Origin: Eledone cirrhosa
Lineage: Eukaryota
DNA: 64,000 nucleotides
Direction of reading: 5' to 3'
Assembly (NCBI GenBank): GCA_964016885.1
Contig: OZ024740.1
Location: 264,864,001 to 264,928,000 of the forward strand
Shown here: piece after piece, positions 28,676 through 41,288 of the stretch
How positions within the stretch are numbered: position 1 is the stretch's first letter
Layout: each line of letters opens with the position of its first letter
The notes under the pieces: model-generated
Database searches by the model: none
What the model was told of the DNA's origin: nothing
The model's input: the letters and a program-made list of their open reading frames with translations, nothing else
Translations under genes and position numbers: made by a program

Positions 28676-31640
28676 TATATATATATAAGAATAATTATTA
28701 ACAACATTTTAAATTAACTCGTTTCATTGACTTACCACAGTCTCTTTACTTTAGAATAACTGGAATATTCCATTCCAGTTATAATCACCGCATCAGAATC
28801 CATTAAATACAGATAATATTTACCATTATATGTATCATAGAAGTCAGAAAAGCATAGAACGATTCAAAAACCGTTGGAAAAACATTAAAGTTGGATGGAA
28901 GTTTAAATACACAATTAAAATTTATCAGTGAGAAAAATGTAATGTGCAGTAATTAAATATATATTCCTTATTGTGCACTGATACACATATATTACCCAAC
29001 AAATTAGCAATTTGATGAATTTTTTTTTATTTACGACATGAATTTAGATTGAGGGAGACAACGGATCATTTTGTGTCAAGAAAGCCTAAAAAGCAAGATT
29101 GCTATTCCGGTTTGGGATTTTAGTACTTTGTCGTACATTGTTATAGTTAGATTTTGGTTTGGTGAGATGGTTTTGTGCTACGTTTTATAAGATATAACTC
29201 TGTTGTATGTATGTTTTCTAAAATTTCATGTTTTTATCCAGAAATGCTGTCATAGTTGCATTATCATTGAAACAAAGTTAATATAAAAAGTATTGGGTAT
29301 CTCAAACGGGTGCATTTTATATTGGTTGGTGCTATCATGTTTGTATTTACAAGGATCATCACAAAAGGAAGATGACCCTCACCAAGTCTAGAAATCACCA
29401 GTCTATCCATCATTTTCAGTTCCTTTACAATGCGTTCGTTCTTCATCTGCATTGTTACCATTAGCTACTGCACTATTGTTAGATAAACTCTAAGCGTCAC
29501 CTGGATTCAGCTGTCATTTAGATAAACAGTTTTTCTCCAGTCCACTATCTTGCAACTACACTCTACAGGTTAACATTTTGGATTTCCTCTTTAGTCGGAG
29601 ACAACTCGACAATGTTGTACATATTACCTGTATCACTCGTTATCAGCGACCTGGCATAAAATTATGTACTATATATATATGTATATTATTTTCCAAATCA
29701 TCCAGCTTTCTAGAATACACGCACAATTTAGACCTCCTCTATCCAAAATAAATTCAAACCAAAAGTTAACGATTTTATTTTTGGTGAAGCACCTTTAGGC
29801 CGAATTTAAGAAGATTGGCGAACGATACTATTTAAACCGAAACATCCAGAGTTACCTTCCGCTTGTCAGAAAATGTATACAACAGATTGCATCTATGTTT
29901 TAATATAGTCCGTAAAATTACTCGAAACGCGAGGTATCTGAAAAATATTATGCCGGAATCCTATGTTCAACAAAACAATATAATTCGTATTTCTCTTTCA
30001 TTTGCTTTCTTTCTTCTCTCGCTTCGTTCTCTTTTATTTCTTTTTCCCTATTTCTTGTTGCATTATCTCTTCATCTATTCACCTTCTCCAATCTTTCAAT
30101 TTCCCTCTTGCTCTCAACTGACTATTCTCTCTAATCGCTAATTTGCTGATTTTACAGATGTAAGTGACTATACTTCAGGGGTTCATAAATATGCCAGGAA
30201 ACTTATTCAACTAATTAGTTTCATACACTGAAGGTCATACGGTCAACACAGCATACACAAGAGCTTCCTTGTCCAGTGTTCAAAAATACATAAGGATAAT
30301 ATATGCCTTCAGATAAGTGTGACCCTGGTTGCTAGATAAGTTCGTTGCTAACAATTGGTTTGAAGCACTTGAGAAAATGTAAAGAATACGAATCTCGGAT
30401 GTATCTTCATCTAACAAGATTAAATCTTGTCTACTGTACATGCCAAATGTGATCGAACGAATACAAATTAATTATACACAAAGAAGGTGTACATCAATCT
30501 CATTTTGAATTTTTCTTTGGGAATGCATTACCTACTTAAATAACTAATTGTTATTTCAGGAAGAAAAAATGTTTCCAACTCGAGATAAAAATTATAACAA
30601 ATTACATACATTAGAAATATTAGAGTTAACTATATTCCTGAATATAGAAGCTCGCATGAAAGTAAAACGCCCAGAACTGTCACAAAGGGCACAAATACAG
30701 TTATCACTGACACACGCTCTATGAACTCAAATACGACGGTTCGATTTTGACCCCACAATCACTCTTCTATACATCAATGACTTAGGGTAAACTCCTACAA
30801 CGACTACCCCTGAGCAGATGATATTACTAGTCGTTATTTCCAGAACAGTTGCACCCAACTGCCATCTACATGCTATGTAGACACGTTACATCAAATTTTC
30901 TTTAACTCCATCATAAGATAATTCGAAAACAGCCCCCCCTCCCCCCAGTATAATCACACAAGTCTCGTTGTTTTCAACAGCTAAGAGATACGTTCTCTGC
31001 ACATATAAAGAAAATATTAATGCCCCTCATCCAATGAAAAACATGCAAGTAGAACAATTATGGTCAATGTAAAGATTTGGTTTCGAGATTACTGAACATT
31101 TCTCCCAGTACACGAAAATCTGCAACTGAAACACCTAACTTTCTCCTCAGAGCCTCTTTCTAATATGCACAAAAAAGAAAAAAAAAGAAGACTCTCAATG
31201 GTGTACTATGTACATTTTTTTATCGAGGCTGCTGCAACACATATATGGCTAGGTGGTGTGTAATCGTTTATAAAAACACTCGTTTTCTAACTTGTCTAAT
31301 CACACCTCCAATCAAAACTTCTAATTTGTTTGTAAAAAGAAGACTTCACATCGAATCAACCACAATGCACAATCCTTCGTCTGGAGAACAACCCATCGCT
31401 GGAATTCCACAACATTCTCACCAATGTTTTATTTCATTCGTTTTTCTTACTACAGTCGCCATCTTGGAGCAGGTGAAGAAGAATTTTATAAACATCTCTC
31501 TCACTGACCTTGAGGAATCTGCAAAGATCAAGGACAGGTATCTTTCATCATCTCAGAACAATCAAGTTTATATTCCACAAAAGCAAAATTTGCGTTTATG
31601 TTAAAGTGGTGATAAATAAATTACGACCCTGTTGGATTAT

Positions 31641-31724
<84 letters not shown>

Positions 31725-31789
31725 TGTATGTAAAAGGTAAACAGAAATAACAACACAATCGGTACAGTATATGGAAGGGATATATTAGG

Positions 31790-31845
<56 letters not shown>

Positions 31846-32154
31846 GTATCTATCTATCTATATTTCTCTCTCTCTCACTCTCTCTCTATCTATATTTATC
31901 TATCTATCAATCTCTCTTCCACCATCTCTCTATTCTACTCTCACTATTTCTCTCTCTCTCTCTCTCACTCATTCTTTCTTTCTCTCTCTGGACGAAATTT
32001 CTCTGCTATGGTCACACAGGAAGAGAAATATTTGTCACCATGTTTTTAAATGTCCTAGTCGCAGCCCCTACGAGTCTATGCGAGCTCGAATAATCCGTGA
32101 TCAGTGACACATACATGATAGCTGCCCCCTCACTATCGATTTTCCCACTCCTCA

Positions 32155-34884
32155 GTCTACACGCGTATACTCAGAGTCCAGACTCGCCACATTCACCTAC
32201 CTTTCAACAAACTTACTAGAAGACAGCTCTTGCCTCTCCACCCTGATTTTCCACTTCAAGTGAAACTTGAAAAAGTAAATCAGGGATTGGCCAGAGAGGA
32301 AAGTGTCCGTCTTCAACCCTTTCAGCCTTGTACACCACGTAATCTTTCACCATGGCCACCAGTCAGAGGAAAACTGCTTGCCCTACCTCCTCTTTAAATG
32401 AGGATGACGGGGCTATCTACACAATGGACTCAGTCGATAACCGGATCTGTCCTACACGCGACAGCAACTGTTCGACATAGCTCCACAAGTCAGCAATCGT
32501 AGGGCACTGAACGAGTGCGTGCAGGGCGGTTTCGTCGCCCTCTGTGAATCTCGGACAGCCCCTCCGTGCCTGTAGAGCTTATCCCGTAACGGCAACGTTC
32601 CCTGGTAGCACTTCCAGGGCAGAAATTTCTGGAAGTTGTCCATAGGCCACGGGATGAAAGTGTTTCTCCATCTGGAAGTCTGGACCGAACCAGGACCCAA
32701 GCTATTTAATCGGTCCTTCCGTCCAGCGCCCCACGAGGCTGTCGGACGGTATGGACTTGCCTCTCCAGGTGCCGATTTGCAAACCGACCGACTTTCCTGG
32801 TTTAATCTTTGCTCTTGTCACCGCTTCGTATTCCTTGAGAGCGGTACCGAGCATCTGGACGTGTTTGGTGCTCGACATCACCACGGTGACGTCCTCGACG
32901 TAAGCCGACACGGATTTCCCACATCCCAGTGCGCGTTGAACCGCCACATGTTCTCCTATTTGTGCAGTAATAGCTCGAGGGCCAATACGTACAAGAAGGA
33001 CGAGTGGGTACATCCCTGGCGGACCGAGCGCAAGATGATGAACGGTTGCGACAGGTGACCATTCACCCTCACAATCGAGCAGATGTCGCTGTGCATCGCA
33101 GCGATCCAGCCCCTAAAAACGGGCCCGAACCCGGCCGCCTCGAGAACCGCGGCCAGGTACCGATAGTCGACACTATCGAATGCTTTAGATAGATGTGAGT
33201 TGATCACGGATCCACCCGTGCCAGGTTCCTTTACCACCCTCTCTATGATGTATCGCATGAGATGTAGGGTGTTGTGGATGGATCGGTCCGGAATGGCGCA
33301 TATCTGGGCCTCTCCCACCAAATCTCAGACGACAAGCGCCAATCTCTTTGCTAATACCTTGGCCAAAATCTTGAACTCTGCGTTTAGCAGAGTTATGGGC
33401 CTGAAGTTGTCTATAACGTCGCCCTTGTTCGAATCTTTTCTCAGCAGCGCAACCGCTCCCCTGCGCACAAAACTGAGAATATCCCCATTCTGCTGCCATC
33501 CAAACCTGGCGATTTACCCCTTGTGCAGTCAGTCCATACTCCGATCCGGCTCGCCGCATCTCCCGAATAATTGAGCAAAGTGCTGTTGAAAAGCCGCACA
33601 CATCTGCTCGTGTTCGAGCAACATGCGCCCGTTTTGATCAGGCAAAGACCGAATTGTGGACTTGTTGCCACGTCGCGCCTCCACCACCCGGGCCCATTGT
33701 ACGGCTTTCGTTCCCTCGTGTCTCAGAGCACGCGCTCTAGCTCTGACAACGCATCCTTTATGCTTTGATTTGAAGAATTGGTCGAGTTCCAATCTCGCCG
33801 CAAGCACGTTTGTTGCGATGCCTGTCCTAAATGCCTCTTTCTAGCTTTCTATCTAACTCCCCCTCTACTCTATTTTCCTCTATCACTACTCCTTTGCTAA
33901 ACCTTATCAATTATACTCTAATAGCCCTTTTCAGTGTAAACCAGCACCTGTTGTTGACGATCGCACCCGTCATGCACGCTTAACTAATTCGCTAATCCGG
34001 TCTCTGTAAGCTTTACGCGCCGGGGACGACGCGTTCAGCTTCCAGTAACCGGGCTCTTGCCTATGGAGGCTATCTAAATCAACTTCACAGATCACAAATT
34101 TGTGGTCCGTGTAGTCGACTACTTTAAATTGTGGACAACCTACACTAGCCTTATCTGTTTCCCTGCAGAATACCCTATCTAAATACGATCTGGATGACCC
34201 GATGCGGTTTGATCATGACCACATTGGCACATTCGGATAATCCAGTCAATAATTGTCACACAGTTCAAAACGTCTGAGCAGGTTGTTGAGGCTTTTACAC
34301 CTTCCTCTTCTGTCTACTAACCCCACATAATCCCAGCGTGCATCCAAGATACCGTTCCACTCGCCCACTAACACTAAAGAGCGAGACGTTCCAAGAAAGG
34401 TCTCTAGACGTCTGAAGAAATCTGGCCGTCCTGCCCCTGTTGGCGCGTAGACGGCTACTAGCCTAAAAGCATTGCCTTCGCTGCCGGTCACCTCCAGCAT
34501 CACCGACAGAGTTTCTGGGTCCAGGAAGATGGCCCGTATGGCGAGATCCACGCCTCTCCAAAAAAGCACAGCAACTCCTTCCCCCGACCCCGGACGACTG
34601 GGAGATGCGTATACATCGTAGCCGCCGAAGATCGGTGCGGAGGCTCGTGCCTCGGAGATTCTGGTCTCGCTGATGGCCACCACATCTATGTTTAGTGACC
34701 TGAGGCCGTTGAGCAGGTAACCCTGCTTCCAAGATGACCCCAGGCCACGTACATTTATACTGCCTATTATAAGTACGGCGATGTTGGACGAGGAAAAGGT
34801 GTAAGAGAGAAAGGATCTCTTAGCTTGATCTTGTGGTGAAGAGACAGTAGAACCGTCCCTTTGGTTGGTCATGGGTTTCTCCAA
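32155..34884 (-). pseudogene. Tx1 ORF2 (APE endonuclease + RT), frameshifted
   Basis: ORF pieces 34246-34884, 33529-33807, 32956-33321, 32702-33013 and 32452-32700. Confidence 0.85.
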
Positions 34885-34964
34885 GATGATATCCGTATAT
34901 ATTCTGTTGGAGTGTGACCCCCTGAAGTCCCCAACTGCGTCGGGGAATTTTGCTTTAATTGTTT

Positions 34965-36786
34965 TTAGTCTTCCAGTTTAATTTCGACAATTGTAATGTT
35001 TTGGGGTAATGTTCTTGGTGTTGGTGGGGTGTGGTAATTTAAGTCTGTAATGTCTGTGTGTTGTTTTATATGTTCCATTAATCCTTTGTGTGTGATATTT
35101 ATGCCTGGGTAGTTTTTTGGTGGTGGTGTTGATTTTGTTGCTGTTTTCTTGTTGCCGTTGTGTGTGTGTGCATTGTTGTGTTGGCGATGTTGGTGTTTTT
35201 GGTGGTGGTGTGGCTGTTGTTGGTGGTGATGCTTGTGGAGGTGATGGTGATGGTGTTGCTGCAAGTCTCCTTGCAGCCTTTATCCCTCTTTCTTCGCTTC
35301 TGGAGGAAGAAGCTGTGGTGTTTTTGCGTTTGTTCTTTTTGTTGACAACCGTTTTCCACTCCTCAGCCGCCTCATATTCCATGTCCTACTGTGAGAGGTC
35401 GGGGAGGGGTAGGAGTTCTAACCTCTCATTTGTCTTTGGTGTTGTTGGTGGTGGTGATGGTGGAGCTTGGTCTGCCGTTATTGGCACAGGTGCAGCTAGT
35501 GGAACTGTTTCTGTTGCTGCAGCTACCGCCGCTGTTTTTGTTGTCCGTTCCTTTGGTGTGGGTGCCACGGACGTTGTCCTCCTACTCTCTGTAGAAGCTC
35601 CCGAATTTTTCGCTTACTGCTCTGTTTCTGATGGCAGCGGTTTCGGCGTTGGAAGGAGGGGGACCTTCGCCTTTGTTATTTTCTGTGGGCAGAAGGCCCA
35701 GAGGTGAGACTTCGATCCACAGTTGAAGCACTTTGGGCGCCTTCCTTCCACAGATATGGGAAGCTGGGAGCCATTCCCGAGGTTTATTACGTCGGGAAGA
35801 GCGCTGGTGCAGTCCTGGTCGGTTTGGATGAGCATCTCCATTCCAATACCGGACCAGTCCTCTCTTCCCAACTTCTGTACCTGCAGAATGGTTGTTCTAT
35901 CCTCGATGCCCGCAAGAACAGACACGACCAGCCAAGGCATGGGTATGTAGGGCGGGACGTGGGTTACCCTAACCGTTGCAATTTTTTTCCCGCAGTAAAA
36001 CGGGACTAATGTTATGTCATCACTTCGTAGGGTCCTCAGTGAGAGCGATTTTGCTTCCTGAGTGGTAGCAAAAAAGACGTCCACAGTAGCATATTTCTTG
36101 CCATTGGTGATGTGGGTTTTCCGTGCCCACACAGTTGCCAAGGCCTACTGGATTTTGGCCTCCGAGGCTCTCTCCACACGACGCGATTTCATGGCAATCG
36201 TGCGGTACGACACTGTGCGTCGCTCTTGTTCCTCCAGGAAGTTGGTTGGTGGTTTCAAGGACACTGAACATTCAGTTCTGGTTACCATGTGTCATGCGAC
36301 CGCCATCTCCTCCTCTGTGGTCAGGACTGTTTCGATAATTCGGGCCACACCAGCGAAAGAAGTGGTCCCTTTTTCAGCGGCATCATTATTGCTGCCGCTA
36401 CTGCTGCTACTGCTCTTGCTGTTGTTGGTGATGTTGTTGTTATTACTGTTTCAAACGGTGTTGTTGGTGTTGCTGCTGCTGCTACTGCTACCACAGGTGT
36501 TATTGTTATTACTGCCGCAGCTGTTGCTACCTCCTTTGTTGTCAAATGCATCAGCAGCAGTCGCTTCTCGACCGCCGCTTGATGAAGAAGAGAATGAAAT
36601 GGCCTTTGCCTGACTTTCACTATGTGACGATGAAGAAGACGAAAAGGAAAGTGAGACTCCAGGTTGACAGCTGGGTGAAGAAAGAAATTGTTGTGAAGGA
36701 AGACAAGGTAGATAACGATAGTTTGGTGAAGAAATAATTTTTGTGAGGAGACATAGTAGAGAAACAGATTTTTTGAATGACGCCAT
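34965..36786 (-). pseudogene. Tx1 ORF1 (gag-like, zinc knuckle CFNCGSKSHLWAFC), frameshifted
   Basis: ORF pieces 36451-36786, 35614-36141, 35386-35568 and 34978-35382. Confidence 0.8.
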
Positions 36787-37007
36787 TTTTCTTTTTTTGT
36801 GTGCGTATTTGCTAAATGCAAAGATAAAATTGGAATTTAGCCCCGAAGGGAAAAATACCGATTAATTTCGACCACCTCAAGAGAAGCGGGGTGTGTATAA
36901 AATACAAAACAATATACATTTTTACGATAAGTTCGCAAAATAACTGTTCAAAAATCACAAACTTGCGGGAACAAAATTTCCTGCGACGTGTATAATTCCA
37001 CAATAAT

Positions 37008-37165
37008 AGTACTTTTGGCCCAAGGCCAGTAATTACCCAGTGTATTACTGGTACTTTATTTTATCGACCCCCGTAAGGATGAAAGTCAAAGTTAACCTTG
37101 GTGGGGTTTGTACTCAGAATGGCAAGGGCCGTAACTCTATGCGTCAAAGCATGGCGTCCTACCCT
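37008..37165 (-). mobile_element. Short-tail SINE in an AAT-rich spacer between LINEs
   Basis: Reverse complement '...ctttcatccttacgggggtcgataaaataaagtaccag...ctggccttgggccaaaagta'; flanked by caataata on both sides. Confidence 0.85.
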
Positions 37166-37177
37166 CAATAATAATGA

Positions 37178-37372
37178 TTTCTTTATTAACCAGAAAGAGT
37201 TTGCACAAAGTACTTTAGGACAGCACATTAAAGTACAAATATGGGTTTCTGCGAGTAAGAAAAGGAAACAAAACAAACGATGTAACCAAAGGAAAAATCC
37301 CCCAAAGGGGGATGGTTACTCGTGGAGAAAGCCCACAAAAGGCACGATCAGCCTGACCGTTGGGGCAAGTGA
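37178..37372 (-). mobile_element. Tx1-like 3' UTR fragment
   Basis: 'tttctttatt...aatcccccaaaggggg..gggttactcgtgg.gaaa' is similar to the 3' UTRs at 41290-41560 and 45955-46190. Confidence 0.7.
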
Positions 37373-37375
37373 ATA

Positions 37376-40320
37376 ACAATATTATGGCTATCTGAGAGTG
37401 AGATTGAAATGATAAAGAAAAAGATAATCCAGGAGGTTTTGGAGGACATAAAAGCTCAGGATGCTGGAGATTCAAAGAGAGCTGAGAGTATGGAAAATGA
37501 TGGAACACAATAAGAAGAAGAGGAACTGAATATTCAAGATGATGTAGGAGGGGGACATTAATATTGATGAACTGAAGGACATATCAGAAAAAGACAGACA
37601 GATGTTTGCTGATATATTGGAAATCTCTAAATCAGGAGTCAATTATCCAAAAGAAATAATTTAAAATAGCAAACCAATGTCAGCTAAAAAAATTACTAAC
37701 AAAGTAAACAACATCCTTGACATGTTGCCAACTAGAACCATCACAGAAACCAAAAATTGCTGTAAGTATCTACGTTGCTAAAGAGTTAGGTCTGAAAGAC
37801 AATATACACGATCAGATTAAGGGATCATGATGGAAAAGGAGCATTGAAGGGAACATCAAAATACTTAGGAAAGATATCAACATTCTGGAAAAGGGAAAAC
37901 GGTTGAATTAAAAAAAGGGGAGAGGGATAATGAACAACTTACAGGTAATAGGAGATTACTACGGTAATTGAGGAGCTGAAGCAAAAGGTACTTACCAAAG
38001 CTGCAAAGATTAAGTGGCATGAACAACGGATCACGCAGTATAAACAGAATGTACATTTCCAACAAAATCAGGAGTGATTATATCAGGAGGTAAATGGCAT
38101 GGTTAGGAATGATGATAAAGTTCCTGATGCAGATGGAAGTAAGAAGTTTTGGAGCCATTTATGGAGTGTAGGAAAAGAGCACAATGGAAGTGTGGAGTGG
38201 CTGACTAACATCAAACATGACATTGGGGATAACAACTGAGATGGTAAATATCTAGTGTAAAACGATACTAAATTGGAAATCTCCTGTCAGAGACGGTGTG
38301 CAAGGATTCTGGTTGAAAAAGCTGAGGGAACATCATGGGAAAATTGCTGAGCAACTGAATAAAATCTTAAATGGGAGAACGATCTTGTGTTTGAAGGACC
38401 CGAACAATGGAAATGCTGTTGACAACTTTAGATCTATTTCTTGTGTGGAAACTTATGACAGTTGTCATTGCTGAGGTAATGTATGAATACCGGGAGGAAA
38501 CACTACCCGAAGAGGGATGTAGGAGAAAAAGCAGGGATTCTAAGGATTAATTGTTGATTGATAAGGTGAGCTTTAAAGATTGTAAAATCAGACACAAATC
38601 CTGCTATGGCCTAGCTCGATTACCGCAAGGCTTATGACATGGTGCCACATAGCAGAATGTTTTAACATATTTGGTATTGCAGCTAACGTTAGACAGTTTC
38701 TGGTGAGCACTATGGATGGTTGGACAATTGAGCTGACATGTAGACAGATATTGGGAATTGGGAAGATCAAAAGCGGAGTATTTCAGGAGACAGTCTTTCA
38801 CCTTTGCTGTTTTTACAGTGTGGAGTACCAATTTCATTGGTGCTGAGAAAGCCAAAGGCCGGTTACGAGTTTAAAATAAACTTCCTGCAGTTCATGGATG
38901 ACCTGAACCTTTATGGGGAATCCTATGAACATATTGATTCCCTTGAACACACAGTCCATACATTCAGTATGGACATAGGAATGGAATTTGGCATAAACAA
39001 GGGTGGGGGTACTACTACTGAAGCGGGGTAGAATTCATAAGATGGAAGGAATTGAATTACCAGGTGGACAGGTTATAAAGGAAATTGATGACAACGGATA
39101 TAAGTGCTAACGCATCTTGGAAACAAACCATTAAAGAGACGGAAATAAAGGAAGACTGAAGTTGGTGTTAAAGACGAGGTTAAGTGGTAAGAATAAGATA
39201 ATAGCTATCAACAAATGGTGCTAAGGTATAGCGCTGGGTTTATAGAGAGATGTGATAAACTTAAGAAAAACCAGGAAAATGATGACTCTACAAGAGGCTC
39301 TACATCCCAAAAAGACGTGGACAGGTTATATTTATCACGACAGATAAAGTCAGAGGAAAATAATCTGCCATGGTATCTAAAGAATTCAAAGGAGACATTG
39401 ATGGCAGGAGTAAGAAAGAGGTCCTAAACAGGTCCTAAAGGTCCTAAACAGTGATAAAAGAATGGAAAACGGGACAGACAGAATGACACATTGAATATAT
39501 GGAAGAAGAAAATGTCTAGTCAATTCGTACGTGAAATGACTGAGACGGTTGACAAAGACAGGAACTGGGAATGGACTATGAAAGTGACATAAAAGTTGAA
39601 ACTGAGACCTTTATTTTTGAAGCACAGGAACAGGCACTGAGAACAAACTATATCAAGTTCAATGTTGACAAGTCAGAGAATTCATCATTGTGTAGGCTGT
39701 GTGGTGAGAAAGGTGAGAGAATAAACCACATTAGTGAATGTAAAATGCTTGTTCAGAAAGAGTACAAGAGAATGTATGACAACATTGTCAGATTGGTTCA
39801 TTAGAAGCTTTATCACAAGTATGACATAAGCAGAAGTGAGAAATCATATGGACACCAACCAGAAGGGGTGACTGAAAATGAAAAGCATAAGATCTTGTGG
39901 GACATGGGCATCCAGTGCAACCATTTTATCGTGACTAGAAAGCCTGACATTGTTGTAGAAAAGAATAATAAGAAGGCATGTATTGTGGATATTGATTCAC
40001 TGTGGGACAACAGGATGAATGAGAAGGATAGTAAGAACACTGAGAAATACCAGGAACTGAAGAGAGAAATCAGGAAACTGGAGAATCAGACACGTAAACA
40101 TGGTACCTATTCTGGTTGACGCACTGGGAGCAGTTAGTAGAAGGTTGGATGCATGACTTGAGAATCTAGGAATTACCACCAGGACAGGATTGTGGTAAGA
40201 ATTTTAAGAAGGGTGTTGGAATGGTCAAGGAGAAGAAATTACTCAAAGGACCTTTGGCTATGGCTCGCTCTGGTCGGTATAACATTTGCCAGAACAAATG
40301 CGTTAAGAATAATAAGTATA
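37376..40320 (+). mobile_element. R4/Dong-like non-LTR retrotransposon, heavily decayed
   Basis: [41 protein letters not shown]...H..SEC, and LWD..IQ......RKPDIVV.......CIVDI (restriction-like endonuclease); ends in (AAC)/(AAT)n. Confidence 0.85.
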
Positions 40321-40349
40321 ACAACAACAAAATCAACAACGACGACAAC

Positions 40350-40425
<76 letters not shown>

Positions 40426-40444
40426 TTAATAATAATAATAATAA
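40308..40444. repeat. (AAT)n target microsatellite
   Basis: Direct reading. Confidence 0.95.
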
Positions 40445-41268
40445 CCCTTCATAGTACCTTCTTTGAGAAAACTGAATTCAGAGATCCACAGACATGGAAC
40501 AGGTTAAAAAGATGAGACCTTAAAAAAGCTACAGAAGGAATGCTAATCGCTGCGCAAGAGCAGGCCCTCAAAACGAAGTGGCTGAAACACCATATTTACA
40601 AGGAGGTGTCTAGTACACTGTGCAGGATCTGTGGAGAGACAGAGGAGACTGTGGCTCACATTGTATCCGAGTGTAAAAACCTAGCACAGACTCACTATAA
40701 GGGCTGGAGACAATGTGATGGGCAGGGTGATCCACTGGCACCTATGCAAAGTAAACAATTTACCACATTCTGAGAAGTGGTATGAGCATAAGCCAGAGTC
40801 GGTGATAGAAAACCATCAGGTGACGGTGCTGTGGGATTTTAGGATACAGACGGACAAGAAACTGGAACACAATAGGCCTGACCTGGTGGTTTTGGACAAG
40901 GAAAAAAGATCGTGCCTGATTGTGGTTGTGGCCTGCCCATTCGACACGAGAGTACAAGAGAAGGAGAGGGAGAAAATTAACCGATACTAGGATTTAAAGT
41001 GGGAGGTAAAAAGGATTTGGAACTGCCATGAAGTCAAAGTGGTCCCGATTGTCATAGGCGCACTAGGTACTATCTCAAAAGGTTTCCATGGATGGTTAAA
41101 AAAAATTGGCCCCGCCGCGATTTTTGGAACACTTCAAAAGGCATGCTTGCTGGGAACAGCAAGCACTTTCCGATACGTCCTGAATATCGGAGGCTGCAGG
41201 TAGTGGTTTGATATTCATTTCAACAAACTTTCCAGTTAACTAACATCAATGACTGAGACTCAAAGAAC
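40445..41268 (+). mobile_element. R4/Dong-like 3' fragment (CCHC + restriction-like endonuclease)
   Basis: IAAQEQAL, CRICGETEETVAHIVSEC, LWDFRIQTDKKLEHNRPDLVV; followed by (AAT)n; same family as 48987-50480. Confidence 0.9.
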
Positions 41269-41288
41269 AATAATAATAATAATAATAA

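Larger units (their letters stand above)
31997..37000 (-). mobile_element. Tx1-like (L1 group) non-LTR retrotransposon, near full length, decayed
   Basis: ORF1 with CCHC knuckle; ORF2 APE (GSINVRGL, VAISET, GEWNG), RT (NFRPITLLN, SKAFDSVD, VRQGC) and C-terminal WxCY..LP.RDKL; internal deletions near 32660 and 33525. Confidence 0.9.

Noticed and set aside
30155-30165. Long polypyrimidine tract then CAG-AT-GTAAGT (possible 2-nt micro-exon or splice acceptor)
   Set aside because: No supporting exons or open frame; cannot be distinguished from chance without RNA data
31245-31604. 119-aa ORF
   Set aside because: No recognisable motif or splice context; length is compatible with chance
35117-36613. 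Plus-strand ORFs of 196 and 183 aa with Leu/Val runs
   Set aside because: Antisense shadows of low-complexity Tx1 ORF1; the same applies to 44985-45566 and 59234-59752
40192-40515. Poly-Ile/poly-Asn ORFs
   Set aside because: Translation of the (AAT)n target repeat
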